Positions 36,661 to 48,778 of a stretch of DNA of 64,000 nucleotides are shown here, piece by piece; the stretch's first letter is position 1; each line of letters begins with the position of its first letter. The notes beneath the pieces are model-generated. The model was not told the DNA's origin. It saw only the letters and a list, made by a program, of their open reading frames with translations, and searched no databases. Made by a program: the position numbers and the translations under genes. The stretch comes from Podarcis erhardii (taxonomy: Eukaryota): NCBI GenBank assembly GCA_964252035.1, contig OZ176207.1; one strand, 5' to 3'.

Positions 36661-38384
36661 ATTTTGCAGACTGGCACTGGCAGCCAGTTAGTTTTGAGCA
36701 ATAAAGATAGAGGTTTTGGTCTATCTTGTCTGCTGGGGAAGAAAGTTCAAAGAGGCAACTACAGCTTGGCTATCAGCTGATGATGTGTTCATACCTAATT
36801 CTTCTAAGAGAACTTGCATAGAAGATATTATAAACAGAATGCACATATTCACTCTTTCGTTACCCTGAAGCTTGGCATCAAATCACACAGTAATGCAAAG
36901 TCTTCCTCTGCCTAATGAGCAAATATTATTTATTACATCCAGCCAACAGCTTTAGGAGGTGAAATTGAACGTTCTCATATGTTTTCTCCAATCCCTGAAT
37001 TGGGACTTTTGCAAAAGGTCTCTTAGAGCTGTGTAAATACACCTGCCTGCTAGAAGATAGGGACTTCAATTAGTGTTCTCGGTGTTCATTTCCCAATTGC
37101 GGAAAATATGCATTTTTCACTGACAGCAAAGAAATTTTTCTTCTGCCTTTTTAATTACAGGTGCCAACCTAATGTCTCTTGACAGCAAGTACATTTTGAA
37201 GGCAAAATCTTGTTTATTGCCTTCAAGGTTGACTCTTTCTAACAATAACTGCCATTTTGATCTTAAACATTTGAGGGCATTGAATCTATCTGTCTTTGAT
37301 GCTGAAAACACCATGGTTGAGATCATTGTTAAGAAGTCCTTCTCCATGTGTCCTACTCTGCTATGATGCCCAAATTGTGAGAAGAACCCAACAATAAGAA
37401 TATCTGTGGAATATATAAGCTCTTCTAAAGTGTTCAGTTTGGTGGAAAGCCGCAGCAAGTAGAAACATTCAGGATGAACTCCATCTTCTTGGTGAGGTCT
37501 GCACACTGGGGACCTGCACAGCCAATGAATGATAAGTCTTCATTTGAAGAAATATGCCTTCTCTTACAAAGGTTTCCAACCTGGGAATGAGAACCAGTGG
37601 GTTCAGACCTTGCAACTGACCCAGAAGCCAACTTTGTCCCCAATATTATTAGAGGACCTTATAATGTCATCTACAATAGCAAGGTTTCAGTCACCAGATA
37701 ATCTTTTAATGTGATAGGATGTGATCTGCCACCAATGCCCTATTACATTCTATGCAGGCTTCAATTACACAACAGTTTATTCTGTTTCCCCAAAATTTCC
37801 CTAACTGTTAATTTCTGCATTATATTTGAGTTGTCACATGATATAAAAACCACTTCTGGAAATCTTGCAGAATCTCATGGAAGTTTAGTGCTCATTTCCA
37901 TGTTCATTGCTTCCATAAGAAAAAATTGTTTGTAACAACATTACTATTATTTTTTTTAAAAAAGTGGGGACGACAATTAAATTTGATTGGTATACCATTA
38001 TGCAGTTCTTCCTTGTCATTTTCATGTGTGAATCATGGGGGAACAGAAGCATGCATGTGGGGGAGTAGCGATGTCCAAAGATTTTTGCTGTTGTGTAACA
38101 ACACACTCACTGATAGGAATGAAATTCAGTGCAACTGGTCAAAAAGCCACAGCTCCATAATGCAACAGGTATTGAAAGAAACCTAGACAGATGCACCAGC
38201 ATTATCAGCAGGGAAACTAATGCTATATTCCCTATATTTGAAGGGACCAGCAGAGAAATGGGACAGTCTCTACCCAAAGGAACAAATGGGCACAAATCTG
38301 ACAGCTTTTGCTGATAAATCGAATTAAGCTCACAGTATTATGCAGTAAAACTTATGAAAGCTAAATGCCATATCTACCAAAACA

Positions 38385-38587
38385 CATGTAGAAAATTCCA
38401 TTTTCTTCCAGTGTAACAACCCCCTGGTTAAGTTTGGTGTAATATATTCTTCCATTGCTGGTAATATTTCTTTTATTTATACTTTTACAATATAAATAAA
38501 AGAAATATTACCATCAATGGAAGAATATATTACACGAAACTTAACCAGAGAGCGGTTACACTGGAAGAAAATGGAACTTTCTACATG
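38385..38587. repeat. Fold-back palindrome (two ~97-bp arms, 9-nt loop), probable MITE
   Basis: Arm 38385-38481 is an imperfect reverse complement of arm 38491-38587. Confidence 0.85.
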
Positions 38588-38965
38588 GGACGTGGGTGGC
38601 GCTGTGGTCTAAACCAATGAGCCTCTTGGGCTTGCCAATCAGAAGGCCGGCTGTTTGAATCCCCGCAACGGGGTGAGCTCCCGTTGCTCGGTCCCAGCTC
38701 CTGCCAACCTAGCAGTTCAAAAGCACGCCAAAATGTGCCAGTAGATAAATAGGTACCTCTCTGGTGGGAAGGTAAATGGTTTTCCATGCACTGCCCTGGT
38801 TTCGGTGTCCTGTTGCGCCAGAAGCGGCTTAGTCATGCTGGCCACATGACCCAGAAAAACTGTCTGCGGACAAACACCAGTTCCCTTGGCCTGTAAAGCG
38901 AGATGAGCGCCACAACCCCAGAGTCGTCTGCGACTAGACCTGTCAGGGGTCCTTTAGCTTTACTT
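38587..38965 (+). mobile_element. Sauria SINE
   Basis: It has the same head, core and tail as the 32373 copy. Confidence 0.9.
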
Positions 38966-39812
38966 TTTCTTTTTCTTTACAAATACTTTCTAAAAAATAA
39001 TAATGGATTTGCTTCTGGTTCATTTACCCTCAACTCAAAACGTCCAAGTCCTAACTGAGGATTCCCTCCACCCCCTTGATGTATAAAGTTTGAGAAGCAC
39101 AGCTTGCTTTTCAGGCCTCATGCTGAGTTTGCAGGCCTGACAATTACAGGAATGCTCTTTTGATGTAGAAATTAAGCAGGTTTATTATGGAGGTAAACGA
39201 GAGGAGAATATGGGACCTCATTATGTCATTGTCACAAACACGCTACACTTAGCCAAATAGGAAGCATTGTATTATTTTACTAGAAGCTAAGACTGCTATC
39301 ATGCACCCCTTTAAATGGCAATTGCGTGTAATATTTGGCAAGTTCAATATACTATTCAATATACTACCAATTTCATGAAAATATGGGTAACTAGATTGAT
39401 CCAAGTGTATGTCCACTGAAATGCAGAAAGTCTCAACAGCTCATTCTTTCTCAGAGAGACACAGCCAAACTAAATCAAGCATCACTGCCTCATGATGAAA
39501 ACTGTTCTGTACTACACAGAATCAACCACACTTTCCCTCCTCACATCCATGTACAGTAACTGAATCTGCTTCTCGCCTGCAAATTTTTCAAGTTACATTT
39601 AACCTGAAAAATAAATTCCAAGTTAGTGTACCAAGAAATGTGTGAAGAAGGGATGTGGAACGTGTCATAAAGAAATAAATTGAAATAGACTTCTCTGAGC
39701 ATTAGAATGCTCAGGAATGTGTGAGATCACATGTTTTTTGTTACTGATCAGAATTCAGCTTCTCAAAATTCACATACTTGAAAAAGGGAGTGTCTTTTGA
39801 TTATGCAGAAAA

Positions 39813-39843
<31 letters not shown>

Positions 39844-39925
39844 ATTATTATTATTATTATTATTAATTTATATCCCGCCCTCCCCAGCTGAAGCCGGGCT
39901 CAGAGCGGCTAGCAACAATAAAAGT
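39813..39925 (-). repeat. (GTT)n(ATT)n microsatellite forming the tail of a short L2-like 3' end
   Basis: The repeat is followed by TTTATATCCCGCCCTCCCC...GGGCTCAGAGCGGCT. A similar unit occurs at 60775-60875. Confidence 0.7.
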
Positions 39926-41044
39926 AACACAACATTTTAAAATCAATTCATATTTAAAATCAATTCAATGTAAGTACACACCCTTTAGCTCAAATCTACT
40001 TCTAACATTTTCATTTAGGCAACCCATCTGGGCACATAGATGTTCATGTGGTTTAAACACTTTTTAGTCCACAGTTATTTTAGTTATCTTTACTATGTTT
40101 TTAATTATTTGCTTTTAGCTTTTTAATTGATAATGTTAATATTAAAATTGCTTAGATATTTTATTCCAAGCAAGCAGTATATAAATGTTGCTGTTAAATA
40201 AATAACACATTTTGGTCTTTTTGATGATTTTTATAGAATTGAACTTCATTGGTTCATTATTATTTTTAAAAATTACCCGTGTGCAGCTCTTCAGAATTAA
40301 GCAGATGTTTTCTTCTCAAATTCGGAAAAAGAAAGAAGGCATTCTTCTGTTGCATAAGTCTCTGAATTAGTGAAATTACACGCATGAAAACGGCATGCTT
40401 TCAGGGAAGAAAATAACATTCTGAAATAACGTTGACAGGAATACGCCTGTAGGTCTACACCAAGAATGGGAGAAGCTACATGGTGGTTAACTTCCATTAG
40501 ATTTTTCATCTTTATATTCTCAGTTGCTGATTACAGTGCCAGGAGCAGAGTTTCTTTAATTTGGTATTTTGTTCTCTCTTCCACTCCCATTAACAGGCTC
40601 TTAGAAGCTCTATCCTGGAATGAAGAGTTATGAGGTAAGTTCATGGCATATAGCAAGTGAAGCTTCCCTTCTACTAGAAACAAAGTGGTTTGGAAAGCTT
40701 AACCTGCTGGCCTCCTGCCTGTTTTTCACCTGCTCAAGGCACAGACATCCTTTCAGGAAAAATAAAGATTTGGCAACTCCGGTTGTTATGTTGTCCTTGG
40801 GGACTATGGAGTAAATGCAGCAAATTACAATCTTTTGAACAGGTCCATGGTTAAGGACCTGCCATCACTAACCTTTACTTCCAGCACTAAGAAGAGTTCG
40901 TTCACCGAACGACTAAATAAAATATCCACAGTTGATTATGGACTCATTATAATGAATCATCTGAGATTTTTCTGCATGGCACAAGAGTGCCACCATTTAT
41001 CCCTGACACCAGGAGCATACACTTTTGAAAGCAGAGAATAGGAG

Positions 41045-41076
41045 ACTTCCGGGTTAGCGCGAACGGCTAATGGCGG
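41045..41076 (+). promoter_or_regulatory. Putative internal Pol II promoter motifs at the element 5' end (ETS site ACTTCCGG; YY1-like ATGGCGG)
   Basis: The motifs are at 41045-41052 and 41070-41076. The ETS motif also marks the 5' end of the other copy (CCGGAAGT, 3716-3723). Function is inferred. Confidence 0.45.
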
Positions 41077-41852
41077 ATTCCCTCCGAGCTCCGGAGGGAA
41101 TCGGCTCTGCTGAGGACGGGTCTTGCCGTGCCGGCGACACGGGGACCCTCAGAAACCGCAGGCGCGGAAGCCTGCGGACTTGGTGACTCGGTGGGCACCT
41201 TAAGCGCCCTCCCCGACCCACGAAGAGCCTTTTTAAAGGCTGCGGAGAGGGTACGGAGAGTGGCGTGGTGCTGAGAGTAGACCGCTACCTCAGTAGAGCG
41301 AAGCCGCAAGCCATGGCCGGAGAGCGCTGACTTTCTTCCCAAAATTTGGACTGGATAAAAAAGGACCCGTGAGTAGTGGAATTTGGACTTTAAAAATTTT
41401 ATCCTGTGAATTCGGCACGATCGGGGGATGTGTTAAAGGGAAGTCCGCACCCCCTCTACTTATAGACGTTTTAAAGCAAGGAACGGAGAATTAAGGCGGA
41501 ATGAATACTGTTTTGATGATTTAAAAGTTTCTCACAAATTTGATAGAACAAGATTTTTGTGCTGGAGAGAAAGGGAATTTGGAACTTTGTGTGTATCCCC
41601 CCCAAAAAACCCGGGAGTGTCATATTTGGGTCCCGGAGGAAGAAGTGAAAGGAGTTTGACAGCTGTCAAAGAAGCTGTCAAACGGGCGGATAAAGTAAAG
41701 AATTTTGCTATTTAATAACTCTTGGAATTAAAGCTGATACATTTGGACTGAGGCGATTGGAAACAAAGTATTGATAATAATAAAGTAATAGATTATTGGA
41801 AAAGGACTATTAAATAACTGAAAGCCCCCTAGGGGGAATTAGCGACATTACA

Positions 41853-42428
41853 ATGGCTGCAGAGGGAAAATTACTGGCGGAGATAGAAAAAATGTTCTTT
41901 CTCGTGGGAATCCTGCAGGAGCAGAGTATGGCTCTGAGTAAAGTTTTTATGACCTTGAATCCTGAAACAAACAACTCTGCTGAATGCACAAAGGAGATGT
42001 ATGATAAAAATTCTGCAGCTGAGCAGGAAGAGATGCCTTTGGAATTGACAGAGAAAAAAGAAGGAGTTCAGACACTACAAGTGGAAAACTTCAACCAGGA
42101 ATCTGCAGCGTTAGAGTATGAGCAAGAAGACTTCTGGACTACAGACCTGCGAAAGATGAGAAAGAAGAAGAGAGAAGCCCCTGGAGTACTTGGAATATTA
42201 AAACTAGAAAGAACAAAGCAATATGATTGGGACTTTTCTCTTGAGTATGGAAAACTAGATGGCCTTTCGCAGCAAACACTCTTCAACATTCTGAATGAAA
42301 GAAAATATGATCTGACTCTGACTGAACTCCTTCGGGGTCTTAGGACCATCAAAGAGGACTACCAATATAGCTGGCAGAGAGGGACTGACAGAGAATCAGA
42401 CGCCTCGGACGTGAGGAATCCGGGCTAG
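41853..42428 (+). CDS. Element-encoded 191-aa protein, C-terminus ASDVRNPG
   Basis: The ORF is intact and ATG-initiated inside the TSD-bounded element. Its C-terminus is similar to that of ORF 2229-2828. Confidence 0.6.
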   Translation: MAAEGKLLAEIEKMFFLVGILQEQSMALSKVFMTLNPETNNSAECTKEMYDKNSAAEQEEMPLELTEKKEGVQTLQVENFNQESAALEYEQEDFWTTDLRKMRKKKREAPGVLGILKLERTKQYDWDFSLEYGKLDGLSQQTLFNILNERKYDLTLTELLRGLRTIKEDYQYSWQRGTDRESDASDVRNPG

Positions 42429-43631
42429 AAATATTTTTTGTTTGTTTTCTGGACATGTGTCTAGGAAGGGACAGAAACCGGGGCAGGGGGGGGAGAGAAT
42501 AGAATTATAAAATGTTATGTTTTGTTTTACTTGGTCAATGTGACCTATAATTAATATAATAAAGGGAAAATTTGTGAAGGGGAAGTTAGATCGACCTTAA
42601 AAAAAAAAGAAATTAATGATTATAAGAGAATTGGATAGTTGAATATAGATAAACAAAAGAATTTAATTTTTAAAAGCAATGTGAATATCTTTAAGAGGTT
42701 AGACAAGAACTTGCTGAATTAATTGTGGAATTGGGATGTAAGAGGAGGGGGTGGGGGGAAGTCAACGAAAGTGGGTAAAGAAACTTAGGGTATGTAATTG
42801 TATTTGTGTGTTTGTCTGTCTTTGTCTTTGTGTGTGTGTCTGTTGTTATAAAATGTAAAAACCCAATAAAAATTATTTAAAAAAAAAAAAAAATGAAAGC
42901 AGAGAATAGATGGATTAAAAACCCGTAACGATAAGCAGCTCATAATCACTTTAAAGCTTTAGCTAAGCTTCAGCGCCTCAGGCTGCTGCCTCTATGGTTG
43001 CTCTTGTAAGCAGACTTAGTTATTGCTAAGGTTGATCTTCATGCAATATAATATTTTGTTGATGGTGAAATATGATTATTTCCCTTAGCTACACTATCAA
43101 CTCTGGTACATAAACTCTCACTTAGACTCCTACAAGTTTGAGAACAAAAAGTCCAGTGCCAGAAAAGCTAACCCATAACCTGCAGCCACAGCTCTCCTCA
43201 AGACCATTTGTGGACCATTTTTAAATATGTAGGAAAAACTACAAAAGCAATGTTCTGCACTGGGGTGGTCAATATTTCGAGGCCAGCGAACACATTCTAG
43301 TCACAGAATGGCTGCTATGAGGTCCTGGAGTTATAGCTGCCACATCTAAAAGAGCAGGAAAAATGACAAGGCCATGAAAAGATGCAGGGAAATCTCCCCA
43401 TAAGTCCACTCCACCAATTCAGGGAAGGCACAGTCACTCATAGAGAATAAGTTATTTGTTCAGAACGAATGGTAGGGTGGGCATCCAGCACTGGCATCCA
43501 ATGAAAATTCGGCATATCAAAGTGAGTGTATTCAGTGTAGGACAGGCTGGGCCAGTGCAAGCAGGAAGTGAGCAGAAAGAGCAAACAGTCTCTCATGTAT
43601 TGTGGATTTTTGAGGGGATATTTGCCTAAAC

Positions 43632-44025
43632 CAGGGGGCGGCAACATGCAGCCCATGGGCCGGATGCGACCCATGATTACCATTTTACCAGCCCACGAGC
43701 TGCCCCTGAACTGAGCTGCCAGCTTGGTGAGTCCCCTGCGCGCTTTGCTAAACCGGCGTAGCGTGGCGCGGGGACTTGCTGAGTGGTGCCGGAAATCATG
43801 TCTGCGCACATGCAGATACCGGAAATCGCTTCTGCACATGCCCAGATGCCGAAAATCACACCTGCACAGAAGCAATTTTCGGCATCTGGGCATGCGCCGA
43901 AGCGATTTCTGGCACTGCGGACATGCGCAGATGCAATTTCCAGTGTTGTCCTGCACCAGCCTGGCCCACAGACGATCTCTGTGGGAGTGATCTGGCCCAT
44001 GGTCGGTAAGCCTTGCTGACCGTTG
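43632..44025. mobile_element. hAT-type MITE with internal palindromic repeat array
   Basis: It has degenerate CAGGGG.../...CCGTTG termini and a perfect 8-bp TSD GCCTAAAC (43624-43631, 44026-44033). Confidence 0.85.
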
Positions 44026-45432
44026 GCCTAAACCTTTGGCTGGTGCAACAGGAGGTGCATATAGTGGCAGGAGGATATAGTGGCATTCATGGGCCGCATG
44101 CTACTAACTCCTGCTATCAAGGAGAACCTAATTATAATTTTAAAAGCATTTTTACTAGAGTTAGCCCTGGCAATTCATAGGTGCTCACCCCCTCCTCTTT
44201 TAATGAAGGGCAAGTCAGCCAATCAGGATGCAGGAATTAGCAAATAGCCATAACATATGCATACAGTCATAGTACATATGTACATAGTACACATTACAAC
44301 AATGGTAGCTCTGTCTACTAGTAGGAGGTAAACCTGTCTGAATTATAGATATGTGTTCTGAGAGATGTGCAAGCAATATTGTGAGGAAAACAACAAGATT
44401 AAAAAATATTAACATGTCATGAGCTGCCATTGGATTGCTCCCAATTAAAGTCCTGATCGCATCAGTGGGGTGTGATGGATCTGATTTATATCAGAATGGG
44501 ATTTTGAACAAACAATGTTATTTCCCAGGTCTCTGGATAATTAATGATCATATCTGGTGGCTAAATGCTGGCTGTTCACTTGTTGCAGAACTAATATATC
44601 TATGCTCTTTTTGTATTGCAAACAAAGTGAATTCTGAACAGGTTAGTTAACCAAGAGGTCTCACCTTGCTTGGCTAACTATCCTGTCTTGCCTCCTAATA
44701 AGTCAGATATTATATGCATCTTTCAAGATGTTGTGAAAACCTAAAAGCAGTCCATGAGCATACCACTCCACTATCCCCCTGCACTACTAGACTGGCCGTA
44801 TAGATAGGCACAGCACTATATCCCTACGGACAGAGTGGATGTGCTGTATGGTTGAGAGCTCTTGTTTAGATGAAATTAATAATTTTACTTTTGAAAACTG
44901 GTTCCAGTGTCTTGCTTTTTGTGCTTCCCCCCCTGTGGTTTTGCAGTGTGCTCATGAGAATAATTAGCAGAGAAATCCAGTGGCATGTGGGAGAAGGATC
45001 AAGAAATCCAGAATCCTGCTGGTCTCCCTTCCTCCACCTCATCCCCAGAATGAGGAAACAGCACACTAGCCCTGAATATTTTCCTTCTCTTTAGGACCAA
45101 TGGAAGGGGAAATCTTGGGGGAGCGGAACAACTATGAAAAAGGAAGTAAAATGCAGGAAATGCAGGGCTCCCACAGTTTTACACTAGTGGTGTAAGACTG
45201 GAAGGGTCTGAATTGGGTAATTTTTAACCATGGAGCCTTCCCGAACCATTCTCATTGTAGTGTAGAGCAAAGTGACATTTAGTATAATTTTGCTTTATGA
45301 TCTCCCATTTCCTATCTTTGGAAATTAGGCACCCAAAAGTCCTGCATAAAATATTTGTGGAACTCAACAATTTCTAGATACTTGGTGTACCCAAATTTAC
45401 ACTGCCATCATTTTATACAGTGGTAGTGAGCT

Positions 45433-45492
45433 GAAGAAGAAGAAGAAGAAGAAGAAGAAGAAGAAGAAGAAGAAGAGGAGGAGGAGGAGGAA
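45433..45492. repeat. (GAA)n(GAG)n microsatellite
   Basis: Read directly from the sequence. Confidence 0.95.
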
Positions 45493-48400
45493 GTCAACAG
45501 TAATACAGTGCACATCTAATATGATTTTTTTTTTGGTCATGTGTAAACTCTGCTTCTACACTCGAAGGATCTGAAATAAATGTTAATCCCATCTTTTTGA
45601 AGACATCAAAAGGGTTTATGAGGTGACCTAAACCTCCTGCTTTGATATCATCTTAATCTCTCCTAAAAAAGCTTCCATGCCTTGTTTACTATTTAATTAC
45701 TCTATGGAAATGATTTGCTATTCCCTTCAGAAGCACTTTGGTTAATTTAGTAGCACTGTGGGGTGCAAGGGACTGCTCTAACTTTGTAATGCTCATCTGA
45801 GAGCTAACTGGTGATATCAGTGCATATTTGCATAATTTTATAAAACTGTATTAAGCCTCATACTTTTCTCACTGCTGGAAACCTGCCCAGAGGTATGTCT
45901 AATGGCTAAATGTAGACTGTTCACCTGCTGTTGAAAGAAGAAAACATTTTTAATAAATTTAGGAGGGGTTTCTTTTTCTTTTTCTAACTATTTTTGGTAA
46001 CTGCTAACATTTGTTATAATAACTTTGATGAAGCCCTCTGCTACCAATCCAGAAGTATCAGGTTGAACATGGATAACAGCTGTCTCTGGGTAGGGTCTTA
46101 GTCTGACCATCCACTTCCCCCCACTTGTCTGCAATTGTTTTTAATGGTGTGCAGACCTTGACAAATTCCTTTTTAAAATGAAGTGGCTGTAGTTCAAGTT
46201 TGGCCTGTTCCAAAAGGAACTAATTCCAGTTCACATTCATGCCATTACAAAATGAACTCGTCTGCTTCATGTTCAGTTCACTCTTCAATTCAAGTTCGCC
46301 CAATGACTCACAGCTATATTTCCCCCAGATTTCAGAATGTTAAAAGTTTCTGTGCTCAAATGCAACCCTCTAGGCCACTCTGCCTCACCCTTGGGACTCT
46401 CTCCAGCTAAAACCAATTCTGAGCTACACCTCCCACCAGACACCTGCTCCCCTCTTCAGACCACACCACTCATAGACCACACTATGCACTCCCCTTGAGT
46501 GATTTTGCCTAGGTGGTATGTGTGAACTTTTATTATACTTCTTGATTGCCTAAAAAGATAGAGTGTGTCTAGTAAACTATCCTACTGTGCAAAGGTAAAA
46601 TTCACATTTAGCGCTCTGTTCTGCTTTGCCTTTGGCCCTGCCCACTCATGGCATGTGGCTCTTGGAATGTTGTCCAGACTGGAATGTGGCCCTCAGATTC
46701 CTCACCTTGTTCTAGATCTCTTGGGCAGAGCACCCACGTGAATCAGGCTTCTCTTAATTTTTTAAATATGCACCAGTCACAACTTCTAGCAATTCCCATG
46801 TCCGGCCTTTGTAATGGCAGCAGAAGTAGAGATAAATCTCCAACTTCCAGCCAGATGACCAGCTGCCCTAGAGGTAAATTACAAACTTCCCAAACTGCAA
46901 GGGAATGCTGCCTCTCAGGAAGGTCAGGTGGCACCCGGTGAGGAAAATTTCTTGACACCCCACCCACATTTATTTTTTTTAATTTTTTTTTGCCTTCAAA
47001 AATAGTTTTACGTTATTTCATATTTTCTTACAAAGGAATGCGGATTATGGGCCTCTGATGACAAGTAGATGACTGTGGACAGATACTTAAATCTACAGGA
47101 TGGATTGTGTTTTGGCTTGTGTTATTTTATTTGTATTTATTGTTTATTTATTTAATAAAACTTATTTTAAAAAAACCTGCAAAGCGGTTCACCAAAACAA
47201 AAAACACCACAGCGGTAAAATCAAGGAAAATTAACAATCCTACTTCAAAATATACAAAAGCTAAGATATTAAGATTAAAATTACTTCAACTTCCAAAGCA
47301 TCTAGGTATGCTTGCCTAAAGAAGAATGCTTTTAGCAGGTGCCTGAAAAGAGTCTAGCAAAAGCACGTGCTTTGTTGAAATAGGCGGGGATTTCCAATGT
47401 GCAGGTGCTGCTCCACTGAATTGAAATTTCTGCCTTCACGACATAGGAAAACGGCCAAGTAAACAGCTATTTTAGTGGAGGAGGGTCAAGTTATTAACTG
47501 ATATGCATGAAATTTCATATTTAGCTATATAATCCCTAGTGTAGTAAGATAAGACCTTTGGAGCAGGCATTTTTTAAAAAATGTAGTCTTTTTAGTAGGG
47601 CAGTAATTGTTCCTTGATAATTTGTCACCCCCTCCATGATGGCATCCAGGGTGAACTGCCCCCCGCCCCCCTTCCTACGCACCTGCCTCTCAACCAACCC
47701 TACATATGGGGATTTTGTGCTTCATTGAAACGACAAAAGACCCACTGCATAATGTGACCAATGTTAGCTTAAAAAACAGATAAATTCAACCATCACTATA
47801 TTCAACCTAAAAATCCCTTCTGCAAACATGAGAGCTATGTCTTAATATTAACTATGTGTCTATTCTCGCTAGCTTCAGGGAAAACACCTTATATTAATGT
47901 GGTTAAATATTTGCAACTGGTGGGTGGTAGAACGTACTCTACTTTTCTCTTTTAGCCTTTTATAAACTTTCTCACTGCTTCCCTTAGCCAGTTGGTGGAT
48001 GAGCAAAAGTGCTTAGCTAAAAATAAAGTATGTGAGTAAAGTGCCTAAACTTAATATTTAGCTTAGGAAGGTTGGTGAGGTGACTGCTCTTATTCAAACT
48101 GCTCCACCTCACACTACGGATAAAATTTGCAAAGCAAGCAGAACCTGTTCATTCTGTGGAAAGTGGCCTTTGGAAAAAAGAGGTGAGGACAATCAGGCAA
48201 ATTGTCCAGGTTCCTTATAAGTGAATTTATATTTTCCAATTACATTAAACAGGGGGAAAGATATAAAGTTAATTACAGATCAGCAGGCTACCACTGAAAC
48301 ATTACAGGTCTTCTGTGGAGTTTCCCACAGAGGAAAAAGGTGGGGGGAATGAAAACCATCTACTCTCCCTTTTTAAAAAGGCCGGGATATCTTCGGCTGA

Positions 48401-48778
48401 AGTGAACCAACATGGATTTGCTGACTGCCCCTCTTTCAAAATTAGAGGTCAGGCAAGCAATAAAACCAATAAACAAGGGACAATCTCTACGTGTGCCTGC
48501 TGAATTTCAGAACACGCTTTATGGCCTGCTTTATCTTCTTTCATTGGTAGACTATTAAACTACAATCCATAAACCACTTACTCCAAAATAGCACTGTTTA
48601 AAGTCAATAGAGCTACTCATGTTCTGAGGATCATAGCTTTACACTGTAATCCTGAGTTAGCTAGCTGGCAAAGTTCACAAAATTAATCATAATGTGACAT
48701 CTGGGTTCAGTGTTGCAGGGCTGGCACTAGCAGAGAAGACTCTGGCAGGCTTGTGGGATTCAATATTGCTTTCATCTA

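Larger units (their letters stand above)
41042..42893 (+). mobile_element. Complete L1-derived short non-autonomous retroelement (HAL1-like), 1.85 kb
   Basis: It has a perfect 16-bp TSD TGAAAGCAGAGAATAG (41026-41041, 42894-42909), AATAAA plus poly-A, a CpG-rich 5' UTR and a single intact ORF. No RT is encoded. Confidence 0.88.

Noticed and set aside
43438-44086. Cluster of overlapping Cys/Arg-rich ORFs on both strands
   Set aside because: These are a by-product of the GC-rich, stop-poor palindromic repeats inside the 43632 MITE.
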